Positions 62,755 through 64,000 of a stretch of DNA of 64,000 bases are shown piece by piece. Numbering within the stretch: the stretch's first letter is position 1; every line of letters starts with the position of its first letter. The notes under the pieces are model-generated. The model was not told the origin of the DNA and did not search any database. It saw only the letters and a program-made list of their open reading frames with translations. The DNA is from Clostridiales bacterium (lineage in GTDB: Bacteria; Bacillota; Clostridia; Saccharofermentanales; Saccharofermentanaceae): positions 5,162 to 69,161 of the forward strand of contig JAGCVX010000014.1 of the NCBI GenBank assembly GCA_017962145.1. Direction: 5' to 3'. The translations under genes were made by a program, and so were the position numbers.

Positions 62755-63963
62755 TCACAGAATGTTCTTTGTCATTGTAAGTACCGGCAGACCGCAAGCA
62801 CCAACTACGAGCAATACGATGAATGCCATGATGATGATCATGATCGGCTCCATAGCAGCCGTCATCTTTGCTGTAGCAGAGTCTGCTTCGTCTTCGAAGA
62901 AGTCAGCGGCCTTATCAAGGATGTTATCCAGAGTACCGGATTCTTCACCGATAGCTGTCATAGCGTAGATCATCGGAGGGAATTCCTTGATACCGCGGAT
63001 AGATCTTGAAACAGAAGCACCTTTACGGATTTCGTTTCTGGAATCGTAGAGCTGAGCTTCCAGGTACTTGTTACCCAGTGTATGGCTTGTGATCTCCATA
63101 GAGTCCAGAACACTGATACCACTTCGGAGCAGTGTAGCCATAGTACGTGTGAAACGAGCAGCGGCAGTAGCCTTCTGTGCTTTACCGAAGATCGGTACCT
63201 TCAGGATAAACTTAGCCCAAGCCATGGATCCTCTCTCGGAATGCTTAAAGAGACGGAATCCAACGATGATACCGAGGATAACGGCAAGGTAGATATACCA
63301 GAAATGAATAAGGCTGTTAGAGAAAGCCATAACTGCCTTAGTCAGTTTCGGAAGATCACCACCCAGTTCTTTAAGGGTCTTAGCAAATCTCGGAACAACG
63401 AGGGTCATCAAACCGACTGTGATACCGAGGGTAACAACAGCGAGGATGATAGGATATACCAATGCGGCACCTACCTTGTTCTTCAATTTCTGTTCTTTTT
63501 CGAAGTGCTGGGCGAGACGGTCCATAACTTCATCCAGACGACCAGATTCTTCACCGGCGGAGATCATGGTGATCATGATCGTCGGGAGAGCCTTGGACTG
63601 CTCACGGAAAGCCTCAGACAAAGTTTTACCTGCCTGAATCGATTCATAAACAGAACCGATAACTGCTTTCGCCTTCTTACTTTCAAGCTGCTGATAGAGC
63701 ATATCCAGAGAACGGATAACTGTGATACCTGCACTCAAAAGTGAAGACAGCTGTCTGGTGATAAGCATAAGATCTTTTGTCTTGAGCTTCGGACTTCCGA
63801 TATTCATGGAAAGAATACTGGAACCGGTATCCTGCTCAAGAGAAGCAATGTAACGGCCATCGGCACGAAGCATCTTAGAAGCATCTGCTAATGTTGCGGC
63901 TTCAATAATGCCCTTGCTTGAACGACCAGCTGCATCGACTACTTCATATTTGAAATTTGGCAT
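62755..63963 (-). CDS. pilC: PilC/GspF-family T4P platform protein
   Basis: MPNFKYEVVDAAGRSSKGIIEAA start. Duplicated T2SSF domains (LSSLLSAGITVIRSL and LATLLRSGISVLDSM). Confidence 0.85.
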   Translation of the reverse strand: MPNFKYEVVDAAGRSSKGIIEAATLADASKMLRADGRYIASLEQDTGSSILSMNIGSPKLKTKDLMLITRQLSSLLSAGITVIRSLDMLYQQLESKKAKAVIGSVYESIQAGKTLSEAFREQSKALPTIMITMISAGEESGRLDEVMDRLAQHFEKEQKLKNKVGAALVYPIILAVVTLGITVGLMTLVVPRFAKTLKELGGDLPKLTKAVMAFSNSLIHFWYIYLAVILGIIVGFRLFKHSERGSMAWAKFILKVPIFGKAQKATAAARFTRTMATLLRSGISVLDSMEITSHTLGNKYLEAQLYDSRNEIRKGASVSRSIRGIKEFPPMIYAMTAIGEESGTLDNILDKAADFFEDEADSATAKMTAAMEPIMIIIMAFIVLLVVGACGLPVLTMTKNIL

Positions 63964-64000
63964 GAAGCAAACCTCCTTCTTTTATTTTCTACTTGTAGTA

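Noticed and set aside
57444-63963. Interpretation of the locus as a ComG competence pseudopilus.
   Set aside because: PilM, PilN-like and PilO-like genes are present. These are characteristic of T4P systems and not of ComG operons.
1-64000. Looked for CRISPR arrays, tRNA/rRNA genes, transposases, integrases, prophage genes and recognisable defence systems.
   Set aside because: I found none: no spacer-repeat arrays, no cloverleaf-like candidates, and no recombinase motifs in any frame of the track.

Overview
64-kb chromosomal segment that looks, from gene content only, like a moderately GC-rich Clostridia-class Firmicute (Lachnospiraceae-like). This assignment is an inference. Coding is dense and almost entirely on the + strand up to ~54.8 kb. 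After that come one large + strand gene and a convergent - strand type IV pilus (T4P) operon that runs off the right edge. I found no rRNA, tRNA, CRISPR array, transposase or integrase.

Contents in order:
- FMN-dehydrogenase 3' end, then a GNAT/pyrophosphatase fusion.
- Three OmpR/HisKA two-component systems, one of them coupled to an FtsX-type ABC exporter.
- XRE regulator, esterase, phosphoribosyltransferase.
- GH36-like, GH3 and GH5 glycosidases.
- A fused AmmeMemoRadiSam pair.
- An amino-acid ABC importer.
- Two paralogous surface proteins (LRR and Listeria-Bacteroides repeats) that share a triple DUF4214 C-terminal module.
- DUF3737, TraX, and an Lsa-type ABC-F protein.
- A split methionine synthase locus (metF, activation-domain gene, metH core) interrupted by a 7-gene Arn-like cassette.
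- PpiD-like protein, DagK, two tandem YfhO GT-C proteins, a KapD-like exonuclease.
- A PilX-like giant protein and pilC-pilM-pilN-pilO-like genes with two very short pilins and two minor pilins.

Best candidates for something undescribed:
1. The Arn-like lipid-carrier amino-sugar cassette carrying an ATP-grasp ligase (28.9-35.9 kb).
2. The T4P locus whose apparent major subunits are helix-only pilins of 56 and 61 residues (58.5-59.2 kb).

All family calls come from motif recognition by eye. No searches were run.
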